Below are positions 63,901 to 64,000 of a DNA stretch of 64,000 nucleotides, piece after piece. The stretch covers positions 1,674,001 through 1,738,000 of the forward strand of contig CP128816.1 in NCBI GenBank assembly GCA_051546255.1, in the 5' to 3' direction. The stretch's first letter is position 1; every line of letters begins with the position of its first letter. A model generated the notes under the pieces. The model ran no database searches. It saw nothing but the letters and a program-made list of their open reading frames with translations, and was not told where the DNA came from. Position numbers and translations under genes: made by a program. Source of the DNA: Meyerozyma guilliermondii. Its lineage: Eukaryota.

Positions 63901-64000
63901 GTCATCCCATTGAAGGGTATCTCTGTTCCTTTCCACTCATCCTACTTGATGTCTGGAGTGAAGCCATTCCAAAGATTCTTGTGCAAGAAGATTCCCAAAT
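57937..64000 (+). CDS. FAS1: Fatty acid synthase beta subunit, 3'-truncated by the window edge (absent from the ORF track because it has no stop)
   Basis: ATG 57937 begins [19 protein letters not shown] domain (FGGQGN, GHSQG), ER (GGRGGGHHS), DH (SGDYNPIH) and MPT ([20 protein letters not shown]). The same frame runs to the window end. Confidence 0.97.
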   Translation, partial: MATSLRPFSLTHGAIEHTCLVPTNLFFSFSQLKEQFVKVLPEATEGNAGDNEPASPAELFAKFLGYTASLVDPASPGQFDQVLKLSLQDFESRFLSNNSDVHSLAAQLLADDVNYPTTTAKVKDVITNYYTAVINSNTSIPKSESDLLRHSINNKSNTSAQKAEIIALFGGQGNTDEYFEELRDLYRMYNGLVKELLDKVATRLNKLVKSTENVDKIYTQGFDVLKWLLKPEQTPDQDYLLSVPVSCPLICVIQLCHYTVTCKTLGLTPGDLRQYLSGTTGHSQGLVTSLALASSDSWESFYDNALKAVSILFFIGTRSLMAYPRTTLPPTMLQDSLENGEGRPSPMLSVRDLSIEEVESFIGQTNKHLPQEKHVGISLINGARNLVVSGPPESLYGLNLTLRSKKAPAGLEQARVPFSERKLKFSNRFLPIFSPFHSHLLADATEVILDDLEANGVSLKKSDLQIPVYDTFSGQNLQDFDESSGETVVARVIRCITELKVNWESATNFKSTHLLDFGPGGVSGLGVLTHRNKDGTGSRIIIAGTLETNSPDDEYGFKQEIFCKAENSIKWAPNWLKEFKPKLTKTKNGKVFVDTKFSRLLGRPPLMVPGMTPTTVNPDIVAATINAGYHIEIAGGGYFSAGHMEGALKQVEAKIAPGSGIGINLIYVNPRMLQWGIPLIKELREKGFPIQSMSIGAGVPSLEVATEYIETLGLTHLGLKPGSIDAISQCITIAKAHPEFPIVVQWTGGRGGGHHSYEDFHQPILQMYSKIRKCSNIILVAGSGFGSDEDTYPYLTGSWSEHFNYPPMPYDGVLFGSRMMTAKEAHTSLDAKKAIAACTGVPDGEWEKSYKKPTGGIITVRSEMGEPIHKIATRGVLFWKEMDDSIFNLPKNKMLEALTKKKDYIISKLNKDYQKPWFGVNAEGVCDLQDMTYQEVANRLVELMYIKKSKRWIDISLRNFYGDILRRIEERFTSEPSKKSVIQNYAQLQEDPQAFTDKFFEYYPMAKNQLINEEDCDYFLICCQRPTQKPAPFVPVLDERFEFFFKKDSLWQSEDLEAVVDEDVQRTCILHGPVAAQFTTKVNEPVKEILDSIHEGHIRRLIADDYANDESKIPVVEYFGGKNAVPYKPIPGVVREVSGSKITFKVTSPITSKNDWLQAIAGEKLNWLHAFITTDRVVQGLNHVKNSFHDILIPPVNLVVEIENESSDKIKLTLLESIRDDLKPVVEIKLVENGLIQSSLIEHRTADGKPAYLNFLYKFNPRDGFAPISEVMDGRNDRIKNFYWQLWFGSQISPDFNIDVEKIIPGDKTTISGKLISEFTHAIGNKCDAFVSRPGKPTLAPMDFAIVIGWKAIMKAIFPKTIDGDLLRLVHMSNGYKMIPGASPLQKDDVVSSSAEIKAVVNQPSGKMVEVVGTITRDGKPVMEVTSQFLYRGEYVDFENTFQKTTETPMQVSYKSAKDVAILTSKEWFHLEKEVNLMGQDLTFRCESVYKFKSANVYSSIRTTGQVYLELPSKEVIQIGSVDYEAGKSYGNPVTDYLSRNGNSIEQAVKFENAIPISSGEELTSKAPSTNEPYAKVSGDYNPIHVSRVFASYANLPGTITHGMYSSASIRALVEEWAANNIASRVRAFKSDFVGMVLPNDTLQTTLEHIGMINGRKIIKVETRNVDADMTVLIGEAEIEQPITTYVFTGQGSQEQGMGMDLYNSSAVAREVWDRADRHFVDNYGFSILNIVKNNPNELTIHFGGPKGRKIRDNYIGMMFETIAEDGSIKSEKIFKDIDHNTTSHTFVSPTGLLSATQFTQPALTLMEKASYEDIKSKGLVPENIMFAGHSLGEYSALSSLANVMPIESLVDVVFYRGMTMQVAVPRDEFGRSNYGMCAVNPSRIDPTFNDAALRFVVEEVASTTGWLLEIVNYNVENTQYVTAGDLRALDTLTNVLNVLKLNKINIVKLQETLSIEEVKKHLKDIIDEVSAKSSAKPQPIDLERGFAVIPLKGISVPFHSSYLMSGVKPFQRFLCKKIPK

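Noticed and set aside
1..64000. Transposons, LTRs, CRISPR arrays, rRNA or horizontally acquired gene clusters
   Set aside because: No such motifs were seen. The bacterial-type PTH1, SDR and CoA-binding genes belong to families ordinarily present in fungi.

Overview
Gene-dense chromosomal DNA from a budding yeast of the CTG(Ser) clade. CTG codons sit where serine is conserved, so the supplied standard-code translations are wrong at those positions. The compactness and composition would fit a Meyerozyma-like species (inference only). The window holds about 32 protein-coding genes and one tRNA-Gln(UUG); I found no transposon, CRISPR or rRNA. In order: TUS1-like RhoGEF (5'-truncated), SDR, CNB1, ATG28-like, SEN1, Zn2Cys6 factor, ERV41, ITT1, PEX28-like, Pom1/DYRK2-type kinase, SWC7-like, PXA2, PTH1, spliced ATG101, CoA-binding protein, second Zn2Cys6 factor, BAR-SH3 (Rvs167 paralogue), LRR protein, tRNA-Gln, PRP2, URK1, small RRxS-motif protein, ALT1, GAA1, GEP5-like, APC4, MRPL1, RhoGAP, cNMP-binding F-box/LRR protein, TMA64, GPI17, NUC1 and FAS1 (3'-truncated, missing from the ORF track). 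Best leads: a ~210-nt GC-rich nested inverted-repeat element at 48965-49174 (candidate structured RNA or 5' leader); an intron-hidden ATG101 with an intact WF finger near ATG28; an F-box protein with two cyclic-nucleotide-binding domains; an inverted TTGCTGC/GCAGCAA array upstream of ALT1; shared CCTCGG plus SYGGGG motifs before the SDR gene and PXA2; and a TTCGCA hexamer recurring in promoters. All homology calls come from recalled motifs; no database search or folding program was run.
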